A DNA stretch of 64,000 nucleotides from Paraspadella gotoi (taxonomy: Eukaryota > Animalia > Chaetognatha). Below, one piece after another: positions 23,076-35,692 of the stretch. The notes under the pieces are model-generated. The model worked only from the letters and a program-made list of their open reading frames with translations. It did not search any database and had not been told where the DNA came from. Position 1 is the first letter of the stretch. Every line of letters starts with the position of its first letter. Made by a program: the position numbers and the translations under genes. The DNA lies in contig CM119271.1 in the NCBI GenBank assembly GCA_051294375.1, forward strand, positions 2,184,677-2,248,676. Direction: 5' to 3'.

Positions 23076-24369
23076 CGTTAACGGGCGACGACGACGATCA
23101 AAATAGAGGGCGCAGTAGGTTTAAGTTCCGTTATTAGACTAATTCGCTCGGCGTCGCGATTCAAGTTAACTTGACAAACGAGTTTTTTTCTAATTTTTAT
23201 TTGTCGATCATACGACATCATGGGCGAGGAATAAAATTGTATTCAATGCGTTCCGTAAGTCGACTAGTCTATTTTTTTTTAAAAATAAAGTTTTACTTTA
23301 TTAAGTAGCTTCGACTGAGTGTTAACAGGTAAGGTAAGGTAAGGTGAGTTTGTTTTATATCTTGTTTTTGGCGTTCGGTGGGAAAAAAAGATTAATTTTT
23401 TTTCTATCACAAAATGAGTTCGTGCGGGTTTAACAGGAAGTTCGGTTTAATTTCATCTTTTCGACCAGAATTCGTAACATGATTGACGTGCGTTCGGCGT
23501 TCGTTTCATTTTTTGTTTGTTTTTTTTTTCAACAGTTTTTCTCATGTTTCTGTATGCGACGGAAAGAAAGTTAAAAAAAGATCACAAACAATAACACGTT
23601 CATAATAACGACATTAGAGAGAATTCGTTTGTATCCTGGAGAGAGTGAGAGAGAGTGAGAGAGAGAGAGAGAAAAAGAACAACTATATCAAAACAGATGC
23701 ATATAATAGTTAATACTTTGTATCGAGTATATATATACACATTCAAATAAAAAAAACACTAACAAACTTTAAAAGCAAGGTAAAAACAAGAACCACGTAT
23801 GTCAAGCCACGTCACAACATGGGCACTGAGGTAACAATCACAAGGCATTTCATCCAACCGAAGGAGTACAAATTCCTTTAAAATTTTTTGTTTCATTTTT
23901 TTTCTTTCGTATATGTCAATAATATGTATCACAAAGGCATCTCATTCGATATACTTGAAAAGGATTACGATGGCAAAGACTTTTATATTGCAATACCTTC
24001 AGGAGTAGCTGAAAAAAACGATGATTGATTGGGTACATGAAACGATCCTTTACCTCACGAATTGGACGCAAGAATTTATTACGGAGTATAGTTAATTTGT
24101 TTGTTCTTAATTTTGAGTATTCAACCAAAAAAAAAAACCCTTCCGAAAGACTAGAGAGATAGAGAGGAAAAAACATAGTATCCTACCAACAATCTTATAT
24201 TTCTTCCTCTTTGCCCACATCCCATCCCCCAACCCCCAAAACATAACATTCCGAGAGAGAAATAAACAAAAACAACACAACAGCCACGGTAGTAGTAGTA
24301 AGTAGTACATTTCGTTATAATTTATAAATACACAACGATGAAAAAAAAGAGAAAAGAGTCTAGTATTCA

Positions 24370-27351
24370 TCACACGGACGTAACTTTGGCGGCTCTTCTA
24401 GAATTAGGACTAAGATTCCCTTCGTCCTCCTTTAGCGTGAGACGAACGACGCCGTCTGGCGCCGTGACGAGACAGTCGGCGGGCCCCGCGCCGGAACGCC
24501 CCCGGCGCGGACTCTCGGTGGCCGACTCCGAGCGCAATTCCTTTTTCTCCGCTGACGACCGCTGGAATTCGCGGGCGTCGGCGTCCGAATAGAAACGAAG
24601 GGCGCGGCGCGGGGACGGAAGCGGACCCTCTAGCGCGCGGTCGGGGGTGGAAAGATCGCGGGGGAGGATGTTAGTGGTGGAGATTGCAGGGTCGGGCGGC
24701 GGGGGCGGCGCGGCTGAGACGAGCTTCTCAGAGCCATCATTGACTGCTCTTTGAAGATGAGGATGATGATGGCCGTCTCCGACTACGTCCGAGTCCGCGA
24801 AGGGAATGTGATCGTCGGCGTGAACAACGACGATGCGATCGCCGTCGAACCGCGCTGCTCTGTATCCCGTCAAGTCTTTCGCCGACGCCTCCAGCGCTTT
24901 GGCTTCGACGACGAGCTTGACGGCGTCGACGTCCTCGGCGAAGTCATACCGCGCCAGGATGGGTCGGAGGATGTCGAGAAAGGGCTTGTCCGGGCGGGCT
25001 TTGATCCCCAAGGATTTTGACATGCCGGGCAGGTCGAGGCGAAAGAGGACGCGAGATTCGATGACCACCTCCTTCTCGTTGAGATTCGAGAGCGGGGCGT
25101 CCACGTTCATGGGCTTGTCCGAGTTGAGGTGGTACACGTCCATGGCGGAGTGGGACACTCCGTGAGATCGCAGCAATTCGCCCAGGGCATCCTTAATACT
25201 GGCCTGCGGATCACCTTTGAAGACCAGCGGCGGGTCGGAGTCGTTGATGCGTACCCTGCACGACACGAACGCGTGCTTTTTGGCGGGAACGCGGTGGTCG
25301 CCTTCGTCATCTTCTCCGTCGAGCGAAGATTCCTTGACGTCAGCGACGCTCTCGCGCGAACCTTGCTTGGAGGAGCCGCGCTTGCGTTGCAGAGGCAGTT
25401 TGAGAGCGGAGAGCTTGTTGACGATGGAGAGACGAGAAGAACTCGGTTCCAACTTGGCCTTCCCATCCTCCGATTTGGACTTGGCGGCGCGAGATGTCTT
25501 CTTGTCACCGCCCGCGCGCTTACCGCTCGAGGATTTGGTCCGCTTTCCGGAACCGGCGTCGCCGCCCGCCCGCGCCTCCACAAATGCGCCAGTGTAGGGC
25601 AGTTCCTCCGTGTTGGCGCGCTGCGGAGCTTTCTTCGGCTTCTTGACCCTGTTCCACGGTAGCAAAGACTGGCGCAGCTTCTGCTCCTTGGAGAGGACGT
25701 TGGAGGTGGACTTGGCGCCCAGAGCGTCGCTCTTCCTCGAAGCGTTAGCGTTCATCATGTCCGGCGTAAGAGTCGCCGAGCGCTGGAGGGGGAGCGTCAG
25801 CGCCTTGCCCTCCATCTCCTTGACCAGCTGGGCCTTGTAGAGGCCCGACTTTAAAAATCGCGGGTAGCTGTCGCACTTCATGAGATTGAGAATTTGGGTC
25901 TGGGCGGCGGAAAAGGTGGAGGCAGCAGTAGAGCCGGACTTTATCGCCTCTTCCACAAGCTGCTTCCCCCTGGCGTCGACGTTGACGGGATCCAGGGCGT
26001 CGGCGGCGAGAAAGTCGTCGTAGATGCGCTTGGCGCGTTTCCTGAGCACCGATTTTGTCGACAACGACGCCGCCAACGCCCGGAACTCCTCAACCGCCTC
26101 CCAGAACCTCATGTTTTCCTCGCTGTATTCGTGGCGGAGGAACTGCTTGAAGAGGTCCTTGCCCACTTCGTCGTTGAGGAGCTTGTCAAATTTGGTGGCC
26201 CAAGAGGCGACACGGCCGACTTCGGCGGAGCGTCGCTTCAGGGACTCGTTCCTCGATCTGGCAGCCCCGGCGAGGGTGGAGGTGGAGGCGGTGGTAGCGC
26301 CGGAAGGCGGCGCTGTCTTGGGAGGCGGCGCGGCGAGGGCGCTCTTCGACGACTCGACAACGACGCTCTCCTGAAGGGTCACGTTGAAGGAATCGGAGGA
26401 CGGACTGGAGTTGTTTCTCAAGTGGCTCGTAACGTAGCGGGCGAAGGAGTCGTCGCTGATCGCCGAGGAGGAGGACTTGGCCGGCGATTCCCACGAGAGG
26501 TTATTGGTCGGGACGGTGGCGGCGCTGATGGCGCTGGCGGCGGAATCATCCTCCTCGTCGTCGTCCCGAGGCTGAGAGAGAAATCGAGATCGCGTGGTGA
26601 CTTTGGCGGGCACCGAGGCGGCGAGAGCTGCGCAAAGCAGCGGCGAGGCGTCCTTAGTCGCCGCCATCGATGATGACGTTGAAGAGATCGTCCGCATGTC
26701 GTTGGCGTTGCCGTCTCGTTCGATGACGACGCCACCACCCGGCTCAGAGGAGGTCCGGACGTTGTTCGGGCGACGGGGCGACTTGGACGGGGACGTTTTT
26801 GACGAGGGCGACGCAGAAAGATCCGCCGGCGTCCGCTGCTGCTGATGCTGCTGTGATTGTTGTTCCTGTCGTCGCGGAGATTCGAATACTGGCTCGGGAA
26901 CGCCCCTGCCGCCGAGGGTCGAGTTGGCCGAAGCGAAGCCGCGATCCCGAAACGCGGTGCGCTTGTCGTGCCAATCGACAGAGCGGCGCCGGTCGTCCGG
27001 GCTGGATTCCGGCGCCGGGGAGGCGCTACCGTCACCGCTGGCGCCGTCACCGCCGCTCTTAGAACGATAGTCTATGACGGAGGAGAAACGTTGAAAGAGC
27101 GGTGCCTTTGGTTTGCGTACATGACGATTCCGCGGACGTGGCGTCCCCGCGTCTCCGCCGGTCGCAGGGAGGATCGGGCTCTCGCAGGCGCGCCCCGATG
27201 CCGATGACGCCGGTCTTAGGTTCTCCAGAGAGGCGTACGGCGTCGACGTGGCCGGAGTGGGCGTGGTTCGCGGCGTGGAGAATTCTGCGCCGTCCGAATC
27301 TCGGCTCCGGTCGGAGACCGCTAACGAAGAGACGTTCTTGCCGCACGCCAT
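24370..27351 (-). CDS. RGS12/14/loco-like regulator of G-protein signalling (RGS plus two Ras-binding domains), single 993-codon ORF
   Basis: RGS box GRVASWATKFDKLLND...FLRHEYSEENMRFW...PVNVD...LMKCDSYPRFLKS; tandem RBD (...IESRVLFRLDLP...LGIKARPDKP...ILRPILARY); C-terminal VTSV. Confidence 0.9.
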   Translation of the reverse strand: MACGKNVSSLAVSDRSRDSDGAEFSTPRTTPTPATSTPYASLENLRPASSASGRACESPILPATGGDAGTPRPRNRHVRKPKAPLFQRFSSVIDYRSKSGGDGASGDGSASPAPESSPDDRRRSVDWHDKRTAFRDRGFASANSTLGGRGVPEPVFESPRRQEQQSQQHQQQRTPADLSASPSSKTSPSKSPRRPNNVRTSSEPGGGVVIERDGNANDMRTISSTSSSMAATKDASPLLCAALAASVPAKVTTRSRFLSQPRDDDEEDDSAASAISAATVPTNNLSWESPAKSSSSAISDDSFARYVTSHLRNNSSPSSDSFNVTLQESVVVESSKSALAAPPPKTAPPSGATTASTSTLAGAARSRNESLKRRSAEVGRVASWATKFDKLLNDEVGKDLFKQFLRHEYSEENMRFWEAVEEFRALAASLSTKSVLRKRAKRIYDDFLAADALDPVNVDARGKQLVEEAIKSGSTAASTFSAAQTQILNLMKCDSYPRFLKSGLYKAQLVKEMEGKALTLPLQRSATLTPDMMNANASRKSDALGAKSTSNVLSKEQKLRQSLLPWNRVKKPKKAPQRANTEELPYTGAFVEARAGGDAGSGKRTKSSSGKRAGGDKKTSRAAKSKSEDGKAKLEPSSSRLSIVNKLSALKLPLQRKRGSSKQGSRESVADVKESSLDGEDDEGDHRVPAKKHAFVSCRVRINDSDPPLVFKGDPQASIKDALGELLRSHGVSHSAMDVYHLNSDKPMNVDAPLSNLNEKEVVIESRVLFRLDLPGMSKSLGIKARPDKPFLDILRPILARYDFAEDVDAVKLVVEAKALEASAKDLTGYRAARFDGDRIVVVHADDHIPFADSDVVGDGHHHPHLQRAVNDGSEKLVSAAPPPPPDPAISTTNILPRDLSTPDRALEGPLPSPRRALRFYSDADAREFQRSSAEKKELRSESATESPRRGRSGAGPADCLVTAPDGVVRLTLKEDEGNLSPNSRRAAKVTSV

Positions 27352-29883
27352 GGGAGATTAACGGGACGGAAGGTGAGGAGGGACGGACGATTGGGGGCGA
27401 GGGATGGATTTATTTCGAGAGGGAGAGAGAGACAAATTTTATCGCTCCACTCCCTCTCCGTCTTTCGTGTCTCGCTCCCTCTCTCAGTCGAGTCTTTGGA
27501 TAAGAGACGCCGCGTCCAAGTGAGATCGATTTACGGACGAATGAAAACGTCGACGGCGTCGACGCTGCATCTTTGGACGCGGACGGGCGACTTGGTTTAA
27601 ATTATAGACGGAAGAGGGCTCGAAGGAGGGACAACGGGAGACGAACGGTCTATTCAGATACACGAAAGAGATGTGAGATTTCCGAGAAAAGTTAAAAAGG
27701 AGTAAATTACTGGTGCGTCGATTAACTACTGATACTGGTAAGTTTTTTTTTTAGTTTTGTTCGGTTTTATTTTTTTCTCTCTTGGACGAGTCTCACATGA
27801 TTTAGCATCGGGTTTTCGGTTTAGTGATTGTCATATTGTTTATTGTATTGTATTCCTGTATTGTATTTCATAAATATATCATATTGTATTTCTTTCAATT
27901 CCTAAATGTAGCGTTCCGTCCATTTTGCGACGAGTAATATAATCGGTTTATTTTTTGACAGGAACTTTTACGATTTCTTCCTTTTTTTGGTTTGTTTGTT
28001 CTAACCCATTATTATTTCCGATGAGGGGAATCGGGATTCGTGTTCCTTCATTAAAATACGAATTCTGTAATAAAATGATGGATATACCCAAAATCGGTGA
28101 TAGAACGATATAAGGACAAAATGAATTAATTGTAATAATACTTAATAATACTAAGTAATAGGTTCGGATTAAAAAAATTTTCGATTGGCAAATTATAAAA
28201 GACAACAGCTCAGATTTTGAAGGAAGATTTCCCCGAGAAGGATTCCGGCATTAACTCGCCAGTACAAGTTCTATTTCGAAAATGGCCATAGAGGATGAAT
28301 ATTGGGATATTGAGATATGAGAGCCCACCCTTGGCAATTAAGGGGAATGCGGTCATGACAGTCTGCGCGCAACGCCGCCCTCGCACTTAACGCAGTGGAA
28401 ATGGAACCCAACTGATTTACCTTTTGTTTGAAAGTGGGCGCCATGTGTCGGACGCAGTGGGAAAACTTTATAATTTGGATAATTATTTAGCTATATTGTA
28501 TTTGTAAAAAGCAATCACTTTCTTGAACGGTGTTACAACTATTTTAACTTAAATTAATCTCCTTGGAATACGATGATTTTCTATATCCATTGTCCAGTGA
28601 TAGATTAAGTCACTAAATAACTAGAGATGTTAAGATAGGCTAAGAAAAATAAAATAATCACGAGAATATTAGCCGAACATTTATTCACAACCACATTGAA
28701 ATCAACCAAAGCCTGATTTCTATACAACCAAAACGAGACAAGGTAGGCGATAGCTGACTCTCAGCCGATAACAATATTACTCGGCTGGTTATTGGAATAA
28801 CTAAACTGCTTTCACTCGCTTCAAGCTTTTCAACAGTTGGGTGATTGTATTAACTGTATCAAGTTAATTTTTCACATTGAGCTACTTGGATTACAAAAAT
28901 GCCAATTCTTACTTAATTAAATCTTTAATATTTAAAAAAAAAAATCAAAATATTAATCAATTCAGTCACCAACAGGAGTAAAAAAAAGGCACAACCGACT
29001 ATGACTAGAGTAGTATAACAGTATTAAAAAGTTGACCCAGAGAAAAAGCGGAATAATTGTAAAGGGGCTTATTCACGAATATTCACGAAATTTCAAGAAA
29101 ATTATCGTCAAAAAGAATTAAGTACAAAAACCCCAGTTTCCCGTAATGTAAGTTACAAAGTCAATAACTAATTTAGTTAGGTAACAAACTAACATTGAAA
29201 AAAATCGTCCCAATTCATAAAATGTTAAGTATAAAAGTCCAAGGGCTAAACTATCAAATCGGTACCAAATGTAATTTTTTTTCCGCATGTACGTCTTGAG
29301 ATTTTTACAATTACAACTTTAATTTCTTTTAATTGTATTAATCCTTTCTTTTGTTGTTTGTTTTAATTATTATATATAATAATATAATGAAGCATGGTTA
29401 AATAACCAATTTTTCGTTTCTCTCCAAATAATTTCTTTTAAAAAATGTCTTCTTTCCTTTCCTAAAAAATGAGAAATAACCTCAGCAATAGTCGTCTTCG
29501 ATCAGAACCGATTCATAGTTTAGACCCAGTCAAACGAATCGCAAGAGATTGCATTAATGTTTAATGCAAAAATGCATCAACAGAGACTAGGTTATAAAAA
29601 TGTTACAAAGAGATTCAATGTAATGAATTGATGTGATATGATTGCATTCGGCCGTTGGCCGCGTTCAGAAAAAAACAATCGAGAAAAAGAAAGTAATACT
29701 GGTTTAGTCCTGACCATCACAAACTCTCCTCCCCCACTCTAAATACAGAACTAGAAATAAACAAACCCTTAAAAAATGACAACAAAAAAGGAATAAAACG
29801 GAATGACAAAGAGAAAAAAAAAGGGCGAAAAAAAAGAAGATTTTATTCGTTATCACAGATAATTAAATGTCGAGAAAGACTAA

Positions 29884-32800
29884 TCATCGAGAACTTTTTT
29901 GTCCTCGCAAGAAGGCGATGTGGTTGAGGATGTCCTTTTTCGTTATGATTCCTGACGTGACAAAAAAATAATGGTCAATAACTCGATATCGCCCGAACGG
30001 AAAAGTAAACCCCCTGAAATCTACTACTCGGCTTACCCAACAACCTCCCGTTGTGCGTGACCAAGATTTGCCGCAAGCCCAACTTGGCGAACATTTCCAC
30101 GACGGTCTCCATGGGCGTCTGGTCGGTGATGGTGATGGGGGCGAGGTCGACGATGCGCCGAAGACGCAACGTCGTTCCTTCGGCCCTCGTATCGATAGCG
30201 GGCATGATGTCGGTAAAGTAGACCAAGGCGTTGTCGGCGTCGGAGCCCACTATGTTGCGGTCGGCGTTGGCGAGAGCGGCGGCGAGGTCCTTGCGAGCCA
30301 AATAGCCGATGAGGTACTGGGACTCTTCCGATACAACGACTGAAAAGAGAACAATATGGGAAAAGGCTTCAACTTTTGTCATTTTCGAGAAATAGTCTTC
30401 GTATATTCCCACTCACCGGGAAAGCCATTGTACGAGCTGCTGAGAAGGACGGCTTTGAGATCGCGGACGCGCATACCCTCTTGGTTGATCACCACCAGTG
30501 GTGGATCGCTTGAACCTGGCTGAGGTCGCATTACTTGACCTGCGTGCGTGAAAAAGTGCGTGAAAAAAACAAAGTAGATCAGAATAACAAAAAAAATCTT
30601 AATCCTCACCGGATAACGTGGGATTCGGGTAAGACTTTTTGTTGTCCAAGAAGGGATACTCGTTGAGTTCAATGTGAGCATCATAGATGCCGTGTTTGCC
30701 GAAGGCGTCTCCTACCCATTTGGACAACAAGCAGGCCATCATGATGGGGATGATGTAGGTGGCGCGACCCGTCAGTTCGAACATGATGACGACGAGGGAG
30801 ATGGTCATCCGGGTGACGCCGCCGAGAGAGGCCGCCGCGCCCACCAAAGCGTAGACACCTGGAGATGCGAAGTGATATCATCGTTTTCAATTTAGCCGTT
30901 AACAATATGACAATGGGAAAATTTACCGGCCGTGATACAATTGTTGTGGTCTTCGAGTCGACCGCATTCGGCGAAGAAAAAACCCCAATCGTGGTAGCGA
31001 TAAAGGAGTTCGTTGACCCCGATGCCGACGAATCGACCCACGATCGCACCTTCGTCGAGATCATGGGGGGGAAGTGATGATATAACAAAAGAACTTATGA
31101 TTAACTCTTGTCATTAAAGTATAAATTGTTGATTATGATTGATTAAAGAGATTAGAGAGTTTGGGACATTTAGCAAGATAGTGTAATTTAGGACCTTAAA
31201 ATAAGTCGGGGGATTCGGACTGAGTTTAGAAGAAAATCACGAGTCAAGGTCGAAGTCTCACCGATTGCCATCGATGGGATAAAAAGACCCGCGGGTGTTT
31301 TGAGGCCGAAGGTGAAGACCGTGAGGACGCACTTGAGAAGGAGGGCGATGGCCAGATGCCAGAGGGCCACCAAAACCATGGGACCCGCGGGACCTGGAAG
31401 AAGAAAGGAGAATCTGAGAGCGAAACAAACGATTGAGAGGTAAGTAAAACTTACCCGCATGACGATGCGGGTCGAAGAGACCGCCTGTGTCGCAGAGGGG
31501 ATTGGTGTAATTGTTTCGAGGGTCGCAATCGCTGAAAAGGAGCGAGATAAGTTCGGACCCGGACATGCGGGTGTAGGGAAGGTGAAAACCGGAGAGGGCG
31601 GTGATTAATACAACCACACACACCTCCAGTGAAGGGTATTTGCCTGTGAGGGGAAGAGTGAAATTTGTGAAAAAACCATGGAAGCCGTTACGTAATTCCC
31701 CACGCCATTTTCCGACCACCCCGTGCTAACCAAGGGCGCTGTGACTCCGGAACCTACACCACCAAATATTGGCGTGGTTAAAGATGGCGCCCCAGAGGCC
31801 GCCGAAGACGCCGATTATCATGAACGGGATGAGTTCGAAAAAATGCCACGGCTTGTTGTAATTTATGTAGAATCTGACGGCCTAAGGAAGAGTCGAGGGG
31901 ATATCATTGATCGAAGGAATTGGCCGACTTTTTCCCCGTCAAGTCTTCTCCTCACCTGCTGATCGTTGAAGGGATTCATTGATCGGAGAACAAAGGCGGC
32001 CGTCATCGCGCAGAAAAAACTGCGCCAAAGAGTCTTCATGGGAAAGTAGTAAGAGACTTCCTCCAGGGAGAAAAGAACGCCGCCTGTCGGGGAAAGATAT
32101 AAAAAAAAAAAAGATGGTAATAAATCCCAGTGCCTCGAATTACGCGAAATTCCTACGAATTAAAACGGACCGATGGGGGCGCCGAACGCGACGCTGACGC
32201 CGGCGGCCGACGCTGCGGACAGAATTTCCCTCTTTTTCGCTTCGTTCTTACCTAAAAATGATGGTTGAACTTTAACATGTTTAAGATATATCTTCAATCC
32301 AATTTATTAATTTTTCTGTATGTTTAATGACTTGAATTTAACGATTTCAGTATTGCAATATGGAAATTTGTTTAAGTATTCTAACCGTATTTGGGAAAGG
32401 CGTACGAAAGAATATTTCCGACGCAACAGGCGACGTGGACGAAAGGGCCTTCCTTACCCAGCGAAAGACCGGACGCGACTAAATGACAAAAGGAGGGCAT
32501 TGTCATTACCAACGTTTGACTCACTGAGTCTTGCGGGATTGTCAAGCGGTCTTCATGCAAAAGCCAGATATCTCCATTTTTTCTCTTCTACCCCGTCCTC
32601 GACAACGTAATTATCTTTATTTTTATGCACCTGCCAGCATGACCCCGATCGACTTGATGATGAGCGTCCACTTTCCCAAGTAGCCTCTAATGATAAACCC
32701 CGATAAAATGGTTTTGATCTCGGGAATTCCCGACCCGCAAGCGTAAGGGGCGAAGACCCGGACGAGGAGGGCGGAAGTTCCGCCGAAGACGAAGGCAACC

Positions 32801-34255
32801 AACACGTACATCGCGTACTCGACCCAGTACGTGACGAGGGGGGAGGTGACCGAGCTAAAGCTAGAGCAGAGAGAGAGAGAGAAAATTGTAGGCTATCACG
32901 TAAAAGTATCTATGATTTTGACTAATTGTCTCTTTAATCATTAGCCATTAGCCGACCGGATGATACAGTTTAAATACAATTCACGGCTTTGAACAATCTT
33001 TTCAGTTTATAAAACACTCTTTCCCTCTTCATCCTCGCTCACTTTTGAGGTCCGAGAATCTCGTGCCAATTCTTCCACTCATCGCAATCCTCGTAAAAGG
33101 AGAGGACGCGCGAGTTGTTCGACTTCTCCGCCCAACAACAGCCTTTCCTGTCGAACCAGAAGGCGCGGACACAGACGCCGTCTTTCAAATCGCTCATCCA
33201 CGAGGACCCGATGTCGATGAGACCAGCAAAGGTTCCTTTTTATTTATTGAGAGTGGTGGTTATTTTGTTTTTTCGTTCACAAAATATTTTGTTCGTTTAT
33301 TAGGTAAGTTTTACCATTTAAAATTGGTTTACTTCGAGAAAAATGACGTCGTTAGTGACATAAAATGATAAATGAGAACTAGGAATTGACTACGGTGTAA
33401 CGTAGGCTGTCAATGTCTAGTATTCTAAATACCAAAAGATACTTTTGAAAAATAAGACTCAAGACGCGATTTATATATATATATATTTTTTAAATAACAA
33501 TAACTAAATTATAGAAAGGCAAGTTCAATTTAGCTCAATCAAATAATCAAAAGATATAGCAAAATCATGAAATCTTTGCTTTTAATTTTACCGCAATATG
33601 CAAATAATTATGAGCTTCTATTCCATTCGAAATTTCTAATTTACCGGCGGCGATGCCGACGACAGAAACGCATAGCCAGGCGGAAAGGGCGTCGAAAATC
33701 CCGCGACAAAAGCTTCGAAAGGAGTCGCTCTTCCGCTTCTTGATGAGACGGTGACGAAGGCGGTCGCGGACGTTGTCCCGCTGCCAATCGATCGTGTGAA
33801 AATCATCGTAACCGACTGAAATGGGAAGAAGGACGAGTTAAATATAAAACTGCTAAAAAAATATTCATTTATCGTTTATTTTTCCCCCACCTTCCTCCTC
33901 GTCGATGTCCTTTTCGTTAAAGTCCTGAAAGAGAGAGGACAAAGCGGGAATTCCCCTGACGCCCTTCTCCGCACCGTTGAGATGCACCATTTTGACTTGG
34001 CCGCCGCCGGCGCCCGCGCCGCCGCCTTCCATACTTCGATAATTGGGTGAATTTCTGAGGGACGGACTTGAGGAAGGGAAAAAGGGAAAATGACCAAAAA
34101 AAATCGAAACAGAAAGGAAACAATACGTAATAAATCGGGTGACGCGAAAGACCCATGAGAAATGTAAAGGAGATAAAAAGAAATAAATCAAAAAACCGGG
34201 GGAAAAGGAAGTAATCCCAGTACCTGGGTTTTAGAGGAGATTGCACTGGATCCAT
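29884..34255 (-). CDS. H+/Cl- exchanger of the ClC-3/4/5 family (multi-exon)
   Basis: [12 protein letters not shown]; [19 protein letters not shown]; LGKEGPFVH; [13 protein letters not shown]; PAGLFIPSM; [19 protein letters not shown]; two CBS domains ending GIITKKDIL; a short first exon [10 protein letters not shown] splices in frame. Confidence 0.95.
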
Positions 34256-35122
34256 TTTGACTTTTTTTTTTAGTTCTAAATTTTTTTGTTCCAAGATTCA
34301 AATATCGGAGGATGCGTTAGGAAGATACGCGATCTTTCCACGAGCTTCAAATTCTCATCGTCGCCTCGGTGGAGTGAACCTCGTTTCGCGCATCGCAAAC
34401 AGTTCCTTTCAGCGTCTCGTTTTTACTTTAGGAGAAAAACGATTACTGAAATGTCCGCTTTGTCGACCTTGCACCGTTTTCTTTGACTGGTGAACTGTTA
34501 GAACTGTAGTCGACAAAAGCAGCCTCTCTCGCGCGCGGGGTTAAAACGCGGCTTTCCCCACCCAAGGCCTGCACACACAAAAAAAAATCGGAAAACTTAA
34601 AATAAGAATAACGGTAAAGGCGAATTAATTATCTCCACAGGAAAACTTTTGGAATATGATTTAAGGCGGGGCACGACGCGAAAACGAGCGGAAAAAGAAA
34701 AAAGAAATTAGGCAGATCATTAATGAATTCGTAGGGAACAAAAATAAATTGTTTAGCGATTCGATATTTAAGAGAACAACAAACTTGTTGACGAAATGCC
34801 CCAGTAGTGAGCGGTTAACAATTTTTTACATCTTTGAAACATTTTTGATTGTCTCTTATTGCTTTATCCCGTCGGATGCTATAAAACTAACCAAAGTCAA
34901 CGATGATTTTAAGAATAAAATTCGGGTAATAAAGCTACTCTACTCTGTAAACAAATGTAACAAGATAACTGTATATATAACCGTAATGTAACTTATTTTA
35001 AAAATATTAATTCGCAACACAACCCCATTTCCTATCGGCGATAGGGCGGTAAAGGGGGGCGGGGCGGAAAGTGTGTTCGGTGGGTCCGGACCGGTGGGTC
35101 AAGATTGAAAAGAGGCGGGGCT

Positions 35123-35692
35123 TCAGGCGTAAATCACAACGAAGATGACGGAGATGACGACGACGACGACGAAGGTTCCGACCAAGAGGGACAAAAAGAC
35201 TCGGTTCCTCCGAGGGGAGAGAATTCGACGAACGGAGACGGTGAGGATCGATGGGCGGGAAGAGGATGTCGAGGTGGAGAGGGAGACAGAGTCATCTGGA
35301 TAATAGAAGAGAGAGAGTTAAGAGAGAGAGATTTTATGAAAACAAAAAAAACACAAAAATGACGGTAAGAAAGTAACAGATAAAGAAAAAAATAGAAAAC
35401 AACACTAATTAACGAAACAACCAACCAACACAACCAACGTTCCAACAAAACGAGCCAACCAACAAACCAGACAACGCAACCAACCTTCGCTCCCTTCGTC
35501 CTCATCCTCAGTGTCCAGCCGCAGCGTCAGATCTCGGGCGGTGAGGGCGTCCGCGGCCTCGTTGTTGTCCAGTAGAGCGTCGTCGTCGGTTTCTTCGTCT
35601 GGGCCGTCAACGTCGTTCCGGTCATCGTCGTCGCCGTCGCCGCCGCCGCTCAGCGGTCGGTAAGTGACGTAATTAAAGTTCCCGTTACTCAT
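35123..35692 (-). CDS. Orphan two-exon tail-anchored membrane protein, about 126 aa
   Basis: Exon 1 35692-35485 (GAAG|GTTGGT) and exon 2 35295-35123 (tccag|AT) join in phase 1; acidic N-terminus; ends ...RRNRVFLSLLVGTFVVVVVISVIFVVIYA*. Confidence 0.7.

Noticed and set aside
23328-23349. ggtaaggtaaggtaaggtgagt, four tandem donor-like sites on the plus strand
   Set aside because: Explained by a short pentamer repeat; no convincing exon or SL RNA structure could be supported
24751-27207. Many plus-strand and alternative-frame ORFs overlapping RGS, OSBP, UGGT and ATR exons
   Set aside because: Shadow ORFs of GC-rich coding sequence with no recognisable motifs
27600-29880. Long ClC-RGS intergenic region with a GC patch near 28320-28460
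   Set aside because: No tRNA, snRNA or coding signature that I could support
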